Assembly: GCA_013152485.1 (NCBI GenBank)
Contig: JAADGG010000060.1
Span: 4,542 to 68,541, forward strand
Source of the DNA: Nitrospirota bacterium
GTDB lineage: Bacteria; Nitrospirota; Thermodesulfovibrionia; Thermodesulfovibrionales; JdFR-85
Direction: 5' to 3'
DNA length: 64,000 nt
Numbering within the stretch: position 1 is the stretch's first letter; each line of letters starts with the position of its first letter. This document shows, in pieces, positions 46,546-56,669 of this stretch. A model generated the notes under the pieces. The model was given only the letters and a program-made list of their open reading frames with translations, was not told where the DNA came from and did not search any database. The translations under genes and the position numbers were made by a program.

Positions 46546-46567
46546 CTTCCGCTCCCTGGAAACGCGC

Positions 46568-47419
46568 TCAGCTCTTCCTCACAGCCTCCTCGAGTTCATT
46601 GAAAGACGGCCTGTCGGAGGTGGGAATGGCCCTCCGTCCGAACTCCACCGCCATCTGAGGGGCGGCTCCCCCGACAAAGGAGACGAGTGCCACCCTTATG
46701 ACATGAAAACTGACGCCATCCTCCTTGACCTTGGACTCGATATTGGTGGCGATGGGTCCGACAAAGCCGTAACACATTAGGACGCCGAGGAACGTACCCA
46801 CCAGCGCCGCTCCTATGCTTTCTCCGAGAACCTCGGGCGGTTCGCTTATCTTTCCCATGGTGAGCACCACACCGAGCACGGCTGCGACTATGCCGAGCCC
46901 CGGGAGAGCATCCGCCACTCTGGCGATGTTATGTGCCGGAGTCAGGGCCTCATGGTGGTGGGTCTCCGTCTCGAGCTCCATCAGGGCATCCAGCTCGTGA
47001 GGGGGGACGTTCGTGGATATGATAACCTTGAGGTTGTCGCAGAGGAAACCGACTGCGTGATGATTGGACATGACGGCCTTGTACTTCGAGAAGAGGGGGC
47101 TCTTCTTGGGATTTTCGATATCCCCCTCTATAGATATGAGCCCTTCCTTCCTGATCTTGGAAAAAATGTTGTACAGCAGGCCCATCAGTTCGAGGTAGCC
47201 CGACTTGCCCATCCCGCCCGATGAAAAGAGTTTTCCCAGGCTCTTCAGTATCATTGACAATGCCTTCGGAGGAGCGGCTATTATGAGGGACCCCATAGCC
47301 GCACCGAAAATGATGACGAGCTCGGCCGGCTGAAACAAGACGCTGAGGTTGCCGTGCTCCATCAGGTAACCGCCTACCACGGCACCCAGGACGACCAATA
47401 TTCCGATTATTACAAACAT
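46568..47419 (-). CDS. motA: MotA-type proton-channel stator protein
   Basis: 283-aa ORF with 4 TM helices and a MotA/TolQ/ExbB channel C-terminal region (ALVGTFLGVLMCYGFVGP). It lies directly upstream of motB. Confidence 0.85.
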   Translation of the reverse strand: MFVIIGILVVLGAVVGGYLMEHGNLSVLFQPAELVIIFGAAMGSLIIAAPPKALSMILKSLGKLFSSGGMGKSGYLELMGLLYNIFSKIRKEGLISIEGDIENPKKSPLFSKYKAVMSNHHAVGFLCDNLKVIISTNVPPHELDALMELETETHHHEALTPAHNIARVADALPGLGIVAAVLGVVLTMGKISEPPEVLGESIGAALVGTFLGVLMCYGFVGPIATNIESKVKEDGVSFHVIRVALVSFVGGAAPQMAVEFGRRAIPTSDRPSFNELEEAVRKS

Positions 47420-47509
47420 GGGCTCTTCTTATTTATCGGCTCAAACAACCAAAACTTTAGAAGCTCACCGTCTGCTTTATACGCGTGAAATGCGTTAAAA
47501 TAGGACTCG

Positions 47510-48301
47510 GTGGACAGGCAAACCATCATATGCATAGGAGGAGCGTACAGCGGATGCGGCAAGACCTCCGTCGCCGAAAACCTCTTGAGGCTGCTCGGCG
47601 GCTCGTGGTGCGCGATAAAGTACACCCGGACGGCCTTCTACACATCAGTGAGCCAGAACCCGGCTGGAGTGGAACAGAAGGACACTTCACGGCTCAGCCG
47701 TGCCGGAGCGGCAGAGGTGCTCTGGGTCCAGGCCCCGGAGTCCGGCCTTGAGGAGTCCATCGGCATGGCCGTCGGCATGCTCGCACACTGCAAGGGAATC
47801 GTGGTCGAGGGAAACGCTCCGATTGAGTTTTTGTCGCCCGATGTAGTAATATTTGTCTTTGGAAAGGACACTGGAAGGCTGAAGCCCTCTGCTCAGAGGA
47901 TTCTCAACAAGGCCGATATAGTAATCTACCACGATGACGTTCCCGACTCAGACCCCCTGACACACGGGCAGACAGGAGAGGGCAGGAGAGGAATCGTCCG
48001 CCTGAGCACAAAGGACAGGGCTTGCTTCCGCAAACTCAGAGACATCGTCATGGAGAAGATCGAAAAAACTGGCACGGGGACCCCTCCAGCGGGCCTGACG
48101 GAAGATGCAGCCGGCCCCGGAGCCGCGTCTTCCACGGAGGCCGCTTCAGACCTGCTCCTCAGGCACGCGAAGGAAAGGCGTATACCGTGCAGGACTGCGA
48201 GAAGCATTGCCGAGCAGGCAGGATTGTCCTATCTCGAGGTCGGCAAGCTGGCAGACAAGCTCGACATAAAGATCACAAGTTGTGAGCTCGGTTGTTTCTG
48301 A
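47510..48301 (+). CDS. MobB-like P-loop protein with C-terminal Cys-flanked HTH-like domain (function unknown)
   Basis: 263-aa ORF with Walker A GGAYSGCGKTS. QKDTSRLSRAGAAEVLWV and GIVVEGN...VVIFVF parallel MobB blocks as I recall them. The C-terminal 45 aa are RIPCRTARSIAEQAGLSYLEVGKLADKLDIKITSCELGCF. The stop overlaps the next start (TGATG). Confidence 0.5.
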   Translation: MDRQTIICIGGAYSGCGKTSVAENLLRLLGGSWCAIKYTRTAFYTSVSQNPAGVEQKDTSRLSRAGAAEVLWVQAPESGLEESIGMAVGMLAHCKGIVVEGNAPIEFLSPDVVIFVFGKDTGRLKPSAQRILNKADIVIYHDDVPDSDPLTHGQTGEGRRGIVRLSTKDRACFRKLRDIVMEKIEKTGTGTPPAGLTEDAAGPGAASSTEAASDLLLRHAKERRIPCRTARSIAEQAGLSYLEVGKLADKLDIKITSCELGCF

Positions 48302-49113
48302 TGGTTATTCTCTTTGAACTTGCCTTGACTTTTTACTTTGCCGCAACCATTGTAGGCGTTGTGGAACTATTCAGGGGAAGCAGGGCCACTACGAGGATAA
48401 TGCTTGTACTCGCAGCCGTCGGCTTCACCATCCATACCGTCAATATCGCACTGAGCCTTCTGTCCGGACACATACCGGTCACAAACATGCACGAGGCCAC
48501 ATCCTTCTTCTCGTGGTGCATAGTCCTCCTCTTCTTCTACATCGAGCACAGATACAAGATGGGACTGCTCGGCTCTTTCATAATGCCGGTCGTGTTCATA
48601 CTCATGCTTTCCTCCTCCATACTGCCGCGCGAGATAAAGCCCGTAAGCCCTATGCTCCAGAGCTACTGGCTCGGCATACACACGGCACTCGCCTTCCTGG
48701 GAGATGCAGCGTTCGCGCTGGCCGCAGGCATAGGAGTCATGTATCTCGTCCAGGAGCGTTTCGTCAAGACAAAACGACTCGGCAGCCTCTTTCACAGGCT
48801 GCCGAGTCTCCAGATACTCGACGAGGTGAGCTACAAGCTGATAACGCTGGGCTTTCCCCTACTGACGCTTGCGATAATCACCGGCGCCCTCTGGGCGGAA
48901 AGTGCGTGGGGAAGCTACTGGCGGTGGGACCCGAAAGAGGTCTGGTCGCTGATCACATGGTTCATATACGCCCTCGTCCTCCATGTGCGGCTGACGGCCG
49001 GCTGGAGGGGCAGAAGGGCAGCCATACTGTCGATCATCGGATTTTCCGTGGTGATGTTCACATTCTTTGGAGTAAACCTGCTCCTGAAGGGAGTTCACAC
49101 TTTCGTCAGATGA
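48301..49113 (+). CDS. CcsA/ResC-like cytochrome c assembly protein (HemX-type, upstream of hemA)
   Basis: Polytopic membrane ORF with the Trp-rich WWD-type motif WGSYWRWDPKEVWSLITW. I prefer the ATG at 48301 (TGATG junction). The TTG at 48292 is possible. Confidence 0.8.
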   Translation: MVILFELALTFYFAATIVGVVELFRGSRATTRIMLVLAAVGFTIHTVNIALSLLSGHIPVTNMHEATSFFSWCIVLLFFYIEHRYKMGLLGSFIMPVVFILMLSSSILPREIKPVSPMLQSYWLGIHTALAFLGDAAFALAAGIGVMYLVQERFVKTKRLGSLFHRLPSLQILDEVSYKLITLGFPLLTLAIITGALWAESAWGSYWRWDPKEVWSLITWFIYALVLHVRLTAGWRGRRAAILSIIGFSVVMFTFFGVNLLLKGVHTFVR

Positions 49114-50384
49114 GGGTATTGGTAACAGGACTCAATCACAAGACGGCACCGGTTGAGGTGAGGGAACGGCTCGCCTTTGACGGCCCCAGGCTCGAGGAAG
49201 GACTGAGCGGATTCCTGCAGATACCGCATGTAAGGGGGGCCCTGATACTCTCCACCTGCAACAGGGTGGAAATATACGCCCATGTCGGTGATCCGGACAA
49301 GGCTGCGGCTTCAATCAAGGACTTCCTCTCCGAGTTTCACTCCATCGATCCCGGGGCGCTCGAGGGCTCCCTGTACTTCTACACCGACAGGGATGCAATA
49401 AGGCATATTTTCAGGGTTGCATCGAGCCTGGATTCGATGGTCGTCGGAGAGCCCCAAATACTGGGACAGCTGAAGGACGCGTTCGAGTTCGCCCTGTCAA
49501 AGGGGGCGACGGGAATCCTTCTCAACAGGCTCCTCAAGAAGGCCATAAGTGTCGCAAAACGGGTGCGGACCGAGACGAGGATCGCCGAGAACGCGGTATC
49601 CATCAGCTATGCGGCGGTTGAGCTCACAAAAAAGATATTTTCAGACCTCGAAGACAAGAGGTTCATGCTGCTCGGTGCCGGAGAGATGGCCGAGCTGGCG
49701 GTCAGACACCTCATAAAGAACGGGGTCAAGGACGTGTCCGTGGTGAACAGGACTTATGAGCGGGGGGTCGAACTCGCAAAAGAGTTTTGCGGCAGGGCCG
49801 TGAGGTTCGAGGATTTCATCAAGGAACTCGTCAATACCGACATCATCATCTGTTCAACAGGCGCCCCCTCGTACATCCTGCACAAGTCGGACATGCAGAT
49901 GATAATGAAAGGCAGAAAGAACAGGGCCGTCTTCATAATCGACATATCGGTTCCACGCAACATAGACCCCGAGATCAACCAGATCGACAATGTCTACCTC
50001 TACGACGTCGACGACCTTCAGGGGATCGTGGATTCGAACGTCATGGGCAGGAAGAAGGAGGCCGAAAGGGCCGAAGAGATCATAGAGGAGGAGCTCGAGA
50101 AGTTCATCAAGTGGCAGACCTCCCTCGATTCGGTACCAACCATAGTGGCGCTCCGCAACAGGGCCGAAGAGATCAAGCAGGCCGAGCTCGAGAGGCTGAT
50201 GAACAGGCTCGGGAGTGTGGACGAGAGACAGAAAAAGGCTATAGAGTATGCCGTATCCGCAGTGGTCAACAAGCTGATTCATCCCCCCACGGTCGCACTC
50301 AAGGAGGACTCCGAGGACAGGGATGTACTGATCGCAACGATACGGAGGCTTTACGGCATAGGGGAGAACAATGGCTCACGATAG
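49110..50384 (+). CDS. hemA: Glutamyl-tRNA reductase
   Basis: [23 protein letters not shown], the catalytic Cys context STCNRVEIY and the NADPH fold LGAGEMAE. The ATG at 49110 forms an ATGA overlap with the upstream stop. The 623-aa track ORF is an out-of-context N-terminal extension. Confidence 0.9.
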   Translation: MRVLVTGLNHKTAPVEVRERLAFDGPRLEEGLSGFLQIPHVRGALILSTCNRVEIYAHVGDPDKAAASIKDFLSEFHSIDPGALEGSLYFYTDRDAIRHIFRVASSLDSMVVGEPQILGQLKDAFEFALSKGATGILLNRLLKKAISVAKRVRTETRIAENAVSISYAAVELTKKIFSDLEDKRFMLLGAGEMAELAVRHLIKNGVKDVSVVNRTYERGVELAKEFCGRAVRFEDFIKELVNTDIIICSTGAPSYILHKSDMQMIMKGRKNRAVFIIDISVPRNIDPEINQIDNVYLYDVDDLQGIVDSNVMGRKKEAERAEEIIEEELEKFIKWQTSLDSVPTIVALRNRAEEIKQAELERLMNRLGSVDERQKKAIEYAVSAVVNKLIHPPTVALKEDSEDRDVLIATIRRLYGIGENNGSR

Positions 50385-51324
50385 GAAAGTGATAATCGGC
50401 ACCAGGGGCAGCAGGCTGGCACTGTGGCAGGCAGAGTGGGTGAAGTCTGAACTCGAGAGGCTTCATCCGGGACTGAAAGTCGAACTCAACCGGATCAAGA
50501 CCACGGGAGACAAGATCCTCGACGTGCCGCTTGCAAAGGTCGGGGGCAAGGGACTCTTCGTAAAGGAGATAGAAGAGGCGCTCCTGAGACGGGATGCCGA
50601 CATAGCCGTCCACAGCATGAAGGACGTCCCTACGGAGTTCCCCGACGGCCTGCACCTTGCCGTCATATGCAGGAGGGAGGACCCGCGGGATGCGTTCATA
50701 TCGCAGATTCAAGATTCAAGATTCAAGATTCAAAAGTTTGAAGACCTCCCCCGGGGAGCGGTAATCGGAACGAGCAGCCTCAGAAGGGCGTGCCAGCTGC
50801 TCAACGTCAGGCCGGACCTGAAGATAAAGCAGCTGCGGGGAAACGTCGACACGCGGCTGAAAAAGCTCGACATGGGAGAGTTCGACGCCGTTGTACTCGC
50901 CGCTGCCGGAATCAAGAGGCTCGGCTGGAGCGAGAGGATAACGGAGCTGCTTCCACCGGAAATAAGCCTTCCCGCAATCGGCCAGGGTGCCGTGGGGATA
51001 GAGTGCAGGATCGGGGACGAGTTCATAAACGGTCTCATCCGGCCCCTGAACCACGAGGAAACATCCATGTGCGTGAGGGCTGAAAGGGCCTTCCTGAGAA
51101 GGCTCGAGGGCGGCTGCCAGGTGCCTATCGGTGCCTATGCACGACTGGTCGACGGCAAGATAGTCATGGACGGCCTGGTGGGAAGCGTTTCAGGCGACAG
51201 GATAATAAAGAAACGGCTGGAGGGCGGCAAGGATGACGTCGAGTCGGTCGGCACAAGGCTTGCCGAGGACCTGTTGTCGAGGGGTGCCCTGGAGATACTC
51301 GACAGCGTCTATGGAAGAAGTTGA
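50371..51324 (+). CDS. hemC: Hydroxymethylbilane synthase (porphobilinogen deaminase)
   Basis: 317-aa ORF with [28 protein letters not shown] and GGCQVPIG. It contains the heptamer repeat at 50706-50733. Confidence 0.9.
   Translation: MAHDRKVIIGTRGSRLALWQAEWVKSELERLHPGLKVELNRIKTTGDKILDVPLAKVGGKGLFVKEIEEALLRRDADIAVHSMKDVPTEFPDGLHLAVICRREDPRDAFISQIQDSRFKIQKFEDLPRGAVIGTSSLRRACQLLNVRPDLKIKQLRGNVDTRLKKLDMGEFDAVVLAAAGIKRLGWSERITELLPPEISLPAIGQGAVGIECRIGDEFINGLIRPLNHEETSMCVRAERAFLRRLEGGCQVPIGAYARLVDGKIVMDGLVGSVSGDRIIKKRLEGGKDDVESVGTRLAEDLLSRGALEILDSVYGRS
50706..50733 (+). repeat. Perfect tandem heptanucleotide repeat (GATTCAA)x4 inside hemC
   Basis: gattcaa gattcaa gattcaa gattcaa, read directly. 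It is translated as part of ...[15 protein letters not shown]... in a surface loop of HemC. Confidence 0.95.
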
Positions 51325-51409
51325 GAGGCCTGTTCGAGTCAGGCGGGTGTAGACCCTTCTGCAGTTACGACGCGGTTAAATTCTTGATTATGATCGAGGA
51401 GACAGTGAG

Positions 51410-52945
51410 ATGAAAGATGCGAAAGGTACGGTCTATCTAGTCGGTGCGGGGCCTGGTGATATAGGGTTGTTGACGATAAAGGGACTGAAGTGCCTGCAGA
51501 AGGCCGACGTGGTGGTCTACGACTTCCACCTCAACGTGCACATACTGGACTACATAAAACGCGATGCCGAGCTCATTTATGCCGGAAAACGTGGCGGTCG
51601 ACACGACATGACACAGGAGGAGATAAACGCCGTTCTCGTGAAAAAGGCACTCGAGGGAAAGGATGTCTGCAGGCTGAAGGGCGGTGACCCCTTTGTCTTC
51701 GGTCGGGGTGGGGAAGAGGCCGAGGTCCTCACGGAGGCGGGGATAAGGTTCGAGGTCGTCCCCGGTATCAGTTCGGCCATCGCTGCGCCGGCCTATGCGG
51801 GGATTCCCCTGACACACAGGGATTACGCATCCTCTTTCGTCGTGGTTCCAGGCAATGAGGCATCGACAAAGAAGGAAAGCAGCATAGACTGGGCCGCGCT
51901 TGCAAGAGGCAACGGCACCATTGTCTTTCTCATGGCCATAAAGAACATAGAGGTCGTCTCGCAAAGGCTTATCGACAACGGCAAGGCCCCTGACACACCG
52001 GTGGCCGTGATACGCTGGGGCACGAGGGCGGAGCAGAGGACGATCGTCTCGACCGTAAAGGACATACCTGCCGCGATAAAGAACAGCGAGATAAGGCCTC
52101 CGGCAGTGGTCGTCGTAGGGGATGTAGTGAAGCTGCGGGACAAACTCGACTGGTTTGAGCGGAAACCGCTCTTCGGCCACAGGGTGTTGGTCACACGCGA
52201 ACACCCGGGAGGGTTCGAGCCGCTCGAAGAACTCGGAGCCGAGGTGACGGTCTTCCCCACCATCAAGGTGGTACCGCCCGGGTCATGGCAGGAGCTTGAC
52301 ACCGCAATCGGCAGAGTCCGTGACTACGACTGGATCGTCTTCACGAGCGCGACCGGCGTGAGGTTCTTCTTCAGGAGGTTTTTCGACCTCGACAGGGACG
52401 TCCGGGACCTCTTCGGAATAAAGATATGCTCCATAGGCCCGAAGACCGCGTCAGAGATAAGGAGATACGGGCTGAAGGTCGATCTTGTCCCCGAAAGTTT
52501 CCGCGCCGAGGGTCTCATAAGCGCTTTCGGAGGCCCCCAGGCCTTCAAGGGCCGGAAGATATTGCTGCCGCGTGCAGAGACGGCGCGGGAGGTCTTTCCC
52601 GAAACAGTGAGGAGATCCGGCGGTGAAATAGACACACCTGTTGCATACAGGGCGGTAAGACCGGAGAGTCACGGCAAGCGGTTGAAGCGGTTCCTCAGGG
52701 AAGGAAGGATCACCATCGCCACATTCACATCGGCAGCAACGTTCACCAATTTCTGTGAAATGATGGGGGATGAAGCAAGAGAGTTGCTGAGCGGGGTAAC
52801 GATCGCGGCCATAGGGCCGGTCACGGCAAGGGCCGTTGAAGAAGCGGGTCTGCACGTACATATCGTGCCGGAAAGGGCCACCGTGGATGCAATGGTGGAG
52901 GCGATCGTAAACTACGGCCTTCAGCGCATCAGCGACATCCGTTGA
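51410..52945 (+). CDS. cobA-hemD: Fused uroporphyrinogen-III C-methyltransferase / uroporphyrinogen-III synthase
   Basis: 511-aa ORF. The N-terminal SUMT motifs are VYLVGAGPGD, VVVYD and GGDPFVFGRGGEE. The C-terminal ~250 aa is HemD-like (VLVTRE...FTSATGV...). Confidence 0.85.
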   Translation: MKDAKGTVYLVGAGPGDIGLLTIKGLKCLQKADVVVYDFHLNVHILDYIKRDAELIYAGKRGGRHDMTQEEINAVLVKKALEGKDVCRLKGGDPFVFGRGGEEAEVLTEAGIRFEVVPGISSAIAAPAYAGIPLTHRDYASSFVVVPGNEASTKKESSIDWAALARGNGTIVFLMAIKNIEVVSQRLIDNGKAPDTPVAVIRWGTRAEQRTIVSTVKDIPAAIKNSEIRPPAVVVVGDVVKLRDKLDWFERKPLFGHRVLVTREHPGGFEPLEELGAEVTVFPTIKVVPPGSWQELDTAIGRVRDYDWIVFTSATGVRFFFRRFFDLDRDVRDLFGIKICSIGPKTASEIRRYGLKVDLVPESFRAEGLISAFGGPQAFKGRKILLPRAETAREVFPETVRRSGGEIDTPVAYRAVRPESHGKRLKRFLREGRITIATFTSAATFTNFCEMMGDEARELLSGVTIAAIGPVTARAVEEAGLHVHIVPERATVDAMVEAIVNYGLQRISDIR

Positions 52946-52981
52946 TTCCTGCAGGCCCTGCCGGTTGCCGGCACGGTGACA

Positions 52982-54238
52982 TCAGTCCTCGGACGTCACA
53001 TCCGAGAACATGAACGGCTTGTGCATTATAACACGGTTTCGTCCGTCCCTCTTCGCCTGATACAGTGCGGCGTCGGCCAGCTGGATCACCTCGTGGATGG
53101 ACCTGCCGTCAGCCGGGAAGCTCGCGACACCACCGCTTATCGATACAATCCCGAGAGGCTGTTTCTCCCTGTGTGCAAAAGGATGCGATGCGATCATCTC
53201 GCGGACCCTTTCGGCATACACGAAGGCCTCCTCCTTGGATATCTCGGGCAGCATCACGATGAACTCCTCACCGCCGTAGCGTGCAACTACCGACGTCTTC
53301 CGGGTGAACTTCGCCACGAGTTCACTGAGCTCCTTCAGAAGCTTGTCGCCTTCTGCATGGCCGTTGGTGTCGTTGTAATGCTTGAAGTTGTCGATATCGA
53401 ACAGGAAGATGGATATGGGGGTGTCTTCCAGGATGGACTTTTCAACAAACTTCTGCACCATGTGGAAGAAGTAACGCCGGTTGTACAGTCCCGTCAACGG
53501 ATCGACTTCCGCCTTCTTCTTTGCACCGCTCAGGAACTTCTGGTTGAACAGGGCCACACCTGCAATGTCTGCGATCATCTTCAGCAGGCTGCCCTCGTTG
53601 CCGCTGGGGTTCCTTATCTCTCCCGCACCGATGACACCCAGAAGGCGGTTGCTGAAATGAATCGGAGCCGCCATGTAGATGTTGGGCTCAGCCTGATCCT
53701 TACCCTTCTTGCCGCTGTACCCCTCGTCGCCACGGCCCCTGATCCGGAGCATCCGGTGTTGACCGGCGCGGCCGATCAGCCCCTCACCCAAGGCATACGT
53801 GATGTTCTCCTCCACCTTGCCGTCAGGAGAAACCCGCTTCAGAAGCTCGGCCTCCTTGTCGAAGATGTAGAGCTCAACCGTGTCAGTGGCGATGATGTCC
53901 CTGACGAGGCGGATAATCGTGGATGCAATCTCGTCAAAGTCGAGTGTGGAGTTCAGGTGCATGACCACCGTGGGAATGTTCAACATAAAGACCAGATAAC
54001 GGCTGTTGAGTTCATTCAGACGCTGCACCTCGGACTGAAGCTCCCGAATCCGCTGGTCCCTGAGGGAAACCTCCCTCAGCATGCCCATGTCCTCTTTCTT
54101 TTCTTCTTGTTCAGGCTGTCTGAAGAGTCCGATGATGTATATGACAACACTGATGACGCCCACAGTGGCCGCCATGAATATCAGTATCTTTGCGATTGAC
54201 TGCATGTTTTCCATCGTCTGTCCCCACCCTGCCCGCAC
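52982..54238 (-). CDS. Membrane-anchored GAF-GGDEF diguanylate cyclase
   Basis: 418-aa ORF with an N-terminal TM helix, a central GAF-like region, and a GGDEF domain carrying DPLTGLYNRRYF and GGEEF. Confidence 0.85.
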   Translation of the reverse strand: MRAGWGQTMENMQSIAKILIFMAATVGVISVVIYIIGLFRQPEQEEKKEDMGMLREVSLRDQRIRELQSEVQRLNELNSRYLVFMLNIPTVVMHLNSTLDFDEIASTIIRLVRDIIATDTVELYIFDKEAELLKRVSPDGKVEENITYALGEGLIGRAGQHRMLRIRGRGDEGYSGKKGKDQAEPNIYMAAPIHFSNRLLGVIGAGEIRNPSGNEGSLLKMIADIAGVALFNQKFLSGAKKKAEVDPLTGLYNRRYFFHMVQKFVEKSILEDTPISIFLFDIDNFKHYNDTNGHAEGDKLLKELSELVAKFTRKTSVVARYGGEEFIVMLPEISKEEAFVYAERVREMIASHPFAHREKQPLGIVSISGGVASFPADGRSIHEVIQLADAALYQAKRDGRNRVIMHKPFMFSDVTSED

Positions 54239-54730
54239 TCATCAGTGCAGGCCTTCATAATTTTAATATATAATAACATAAACTAAGCAAGTATCATGCC
54301 CGTGACGCCCATATTGCTGAAGCGGGGCCTCGCCTGAGGGCACGCGAGGCCCCGGAAAGATTAACAAAAGATAATGTTTCGCCTACAAAAGGCTTAGAAA
54401 TCAAGTGCAAGTGCACGCCATGCTAACACACTGTATTTATTGTCTTCTTCAGCTGCATGCATGCCGGAACACGCGCCCGGTGACGAAAAACGGCACACTC
54501 CTTGAGTAATCGATTTCACAAAATATAACATCCATGCACTACATGCTACGCATCACGATGTACCCACGACATCCTCATCTCGGGACTGCACCGGTTTGTT
54601 TTAGTTGCAACAAAATGTGTAAAATAGTAGACCCTTTCCGGCCGTGAGCGGATTTCAGACTGATCAAGCAGGAAAATTTTTCTTCTGAGGAGATCCCGGG
54701 AAGTTCCAGAACAGAAATAAGGATATCGAA

Positions 54731-55738
54731 TTGCAACACTCTGTCAGCAAACAGAAAGAGGAGGGTATCACGGAGAGGTCGGCATGGCTGAGAATGTTGT
54801 CCGTGGTCGTCCCCCTCTACAACGAGGAGGAGAACATAGGAGAGCTTCACAGAAGGCTGACCGATGTACTATCCTCCATCGGGCTCAACTATGAACTCAT
54901 ATATGTGGACGACGGCAGCACAGACGGCACTCCGGAGCTGCTTGGCGAGCTGTCACGCACGGACGACCGCACGGTTGTACTGATACTCAGGCGCAACTTC
55001 GGTCAGACCGCCGCCTTTGCCGCGGGGTTCGACATAGCACGTGGAGACGTCATAATAACCATGGACGGCGACCTCCAGAACGATCCTGCGGACATACCGA
55101 AGCTCCTTTCCCGCATAAACGACTTCGACCTTGTCAGCGGCTGGAGGAAAGAGCGGAAGGATCCCTACTTCAGCAGGCGGCTTCCCTCGATGGCGGCAAA
55201 CTGGCTTATCAGCCGGGTGACGGGGGTCAGGCTGCACGACTACGGCTGCTCCCTGAAGGCCTACAGGCGCGAGGTCGTAAAGAGCCTGAGGCTTTACGGG
55301 GAGATGCACAGGTTCATACCTGCGGTGGCAAGCTGGTACGGCGTCAGCGTAACAGAGGTGGAAACGACCCACCATCCACGGCTCAGGGGAAAGTCGAAGT
55401 ACGGGCTGTCAAGGACGATCAAGGTCATGCTCGATCTCATAACTGTGAAATTCCTCCAGAGTTTTTCCACGAAGCCGATACAGTTCTTCGGTCCATTGGG
55501 ACTGGGATGCGGATTCATAGGCTTCTCGCTCTCCCTCTACCTGTCACTCAGAAAGATCCTGTTCGGTGAGTCCATCGGAGGCAGACCGCTTCTGCTTCTG
55601 AGCATCCTCCTCATAATCGTCGGGATTCAGCTCATAGGCATGGGGCTTATAAGTGAAATGCTCGTGAGGGTCTATCACGAAAGCCAGAAGAAACCGATCT
55701 ATGTAATCAAGGAGATCCTTGGCCAGAAAGAAAAATAA
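54731..55738 (+). CDS. Family 2 glycosyltransferase (polyprenyl-phosphate sugar transferase type, two C-terminal TM helices)
   Basis: VVVPLYNEEENI, VDDGSTDGT and MDGDLQNDP. The TTG start at 54731 lies behind AAGGAT. The ATG at 54794 is an alternative. Confidence 0.8.
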   Translation: MQHSVSKQKEEGITERSAWLRMLSVVVPLYNEEENIGELHRRLTDVLSSIGLNYELIYVDDGSTDGTPELLGELSRTDDRTVVLILRRNFGQTAAFAAGFDIARGDVIITMDGDLQNDPADIPKLLSRINDFDLVSGWRKERKDPYFSRRLPSMAANWLISRVTGVRLHDYGCSLKAYRREVVKSLRLYGEMHRFIPAVASWYGVSVTEVETTHHPRLRGKSKYGLSRTIKVMLDLITVKFLQSFSTKPIQFFGPLGLGCGFIGFSLSLYLSLRKILFGESIGGRPLLLLSILLIIVGIQLIGMGLISEMLVRVYHESQKKPIYVIKEILGQKEK

Positions 55739-56669
55739 GATATTCACTCTCCTGCTGAAGATGTCCATAAGTTCCGTCATCCTCTATTTTGTGCTGAGGA
55801 AGGCGGGCATCCGTGAGGTATACCTGACATTGAGGGAGATGAACCCGGTCAGTTTCGTCGCTGCAATCCTGCTTTACCTGCTTTCGCTGCTTACATCGAC
55901 CGTCAGGTGGAAGACCCTGTTGAAGCCGCTCGGCGGGGACTTTGGAGAACTGGGCACGTTCAGGCTCTTCTCGCTCTACCTCATGGGGGCCTTCTTCAAC
56001 CGCTTCCTGCCCGGCATGGTGGGAGGCGATGCAGTCAGGACCTACTATCTCTACAAGGACACCGAGAGGGGCTCCTTGTCGCTCGCAACGGTATTCGCCG
56101 ACAGGTACATGGGATTTCTCGCGATGATCACCCTGGGACTCACGGCCATCCCCTTCGGCATACACAAGATAAGGGGGACAGGCGCCGAGTGGGCGGTGCC
56201 CGTGATAGCATTGATCTTCATAGCCATAAGTTTCTTCATTTTCGTCCTGAAGATCGGAAAGAGATTCACGACCATCAAGCGTGTCCACAAATATTTCAGG
56301 ATGCTGAAACACTCCCCTTCGATCATTCTGAAGGCCTTCGCCCTCTCGATCGTCATACAGGTCATCGGCATAGTCTCCGTATACATACTCTCCGTCGGCG
56401 TCGGTGCCGAGGCCTCCCTGGTGGAGTACTTCCTCTTCATACCCATAATAAACACCCTCACGACCCTTCCCATATCCATCTCGGGGCTCGGAGTCAGGGA
56501 AGGGGCCTTCGTGATGCTCCTGGGTCTTACGGGCATATCCGCCGAGGTGGCCACATCCATATCCCTCGCCTGGTTTCTCGCCTACACCGTGGGATCCCTG
56601 CCGGGGATAGTCGTGTATATCAAGTGGCGGGTGAGAGATGAAGTCAAGGACTCTTCGTTCCCCGCATAA
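55719..56669 (+). CDS. Flippase-like / lysylphosphatidylglycerol-synthase TM-domain family membrane protein (UPF0104)
   Basis: 316-aa polytopic ORF with a TTG start behind AAGGAG. The pattern ...FFNRFLPGMVGGDAVRTYY... is typical of this family. It overlaps the GT2 gene by 20 nt. Confidence 0.65.
   Translation: MARKKNKIFTLLLKMSISSVILYFVLRKAGIREVYLTLREMNPVSFVAAILLYLLSLLTSTVRWKTLLKPLGGDFGELGTFRLFSLYLMGAFFNRFLPGMVGGDAVRTYYLYKDTERGSLSLATVFADRYMGFLAMITLGLTAIPFGIHKIRGTGAEWAVPVIALIFIAISFFIFVLKIGKRFTTIKRVHKYFRMLKHSPSIILKAFALSIVIQVIGIVSVYILSVGVGAEASLVEYFLFIPIINTLTTLPISISGLGVREGAFVMLLGLTGISAEVATSISLAWFLAYTVGSLPGIVVYIKWRVRDEVKDSSFPA

Noticed and set aside
48513-50384. 623-aa ORF suggesting a giant HemA with a 199-aa N-terminal extension.
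   Set aside because: The extension overlaps the CcsA/HemX-like gene in another frame and is Arg/Pro/His-rich. The canonical HemA N-terminus [14 protein letters not shown] begins at the ATG at 49110, in an ATGA junction.
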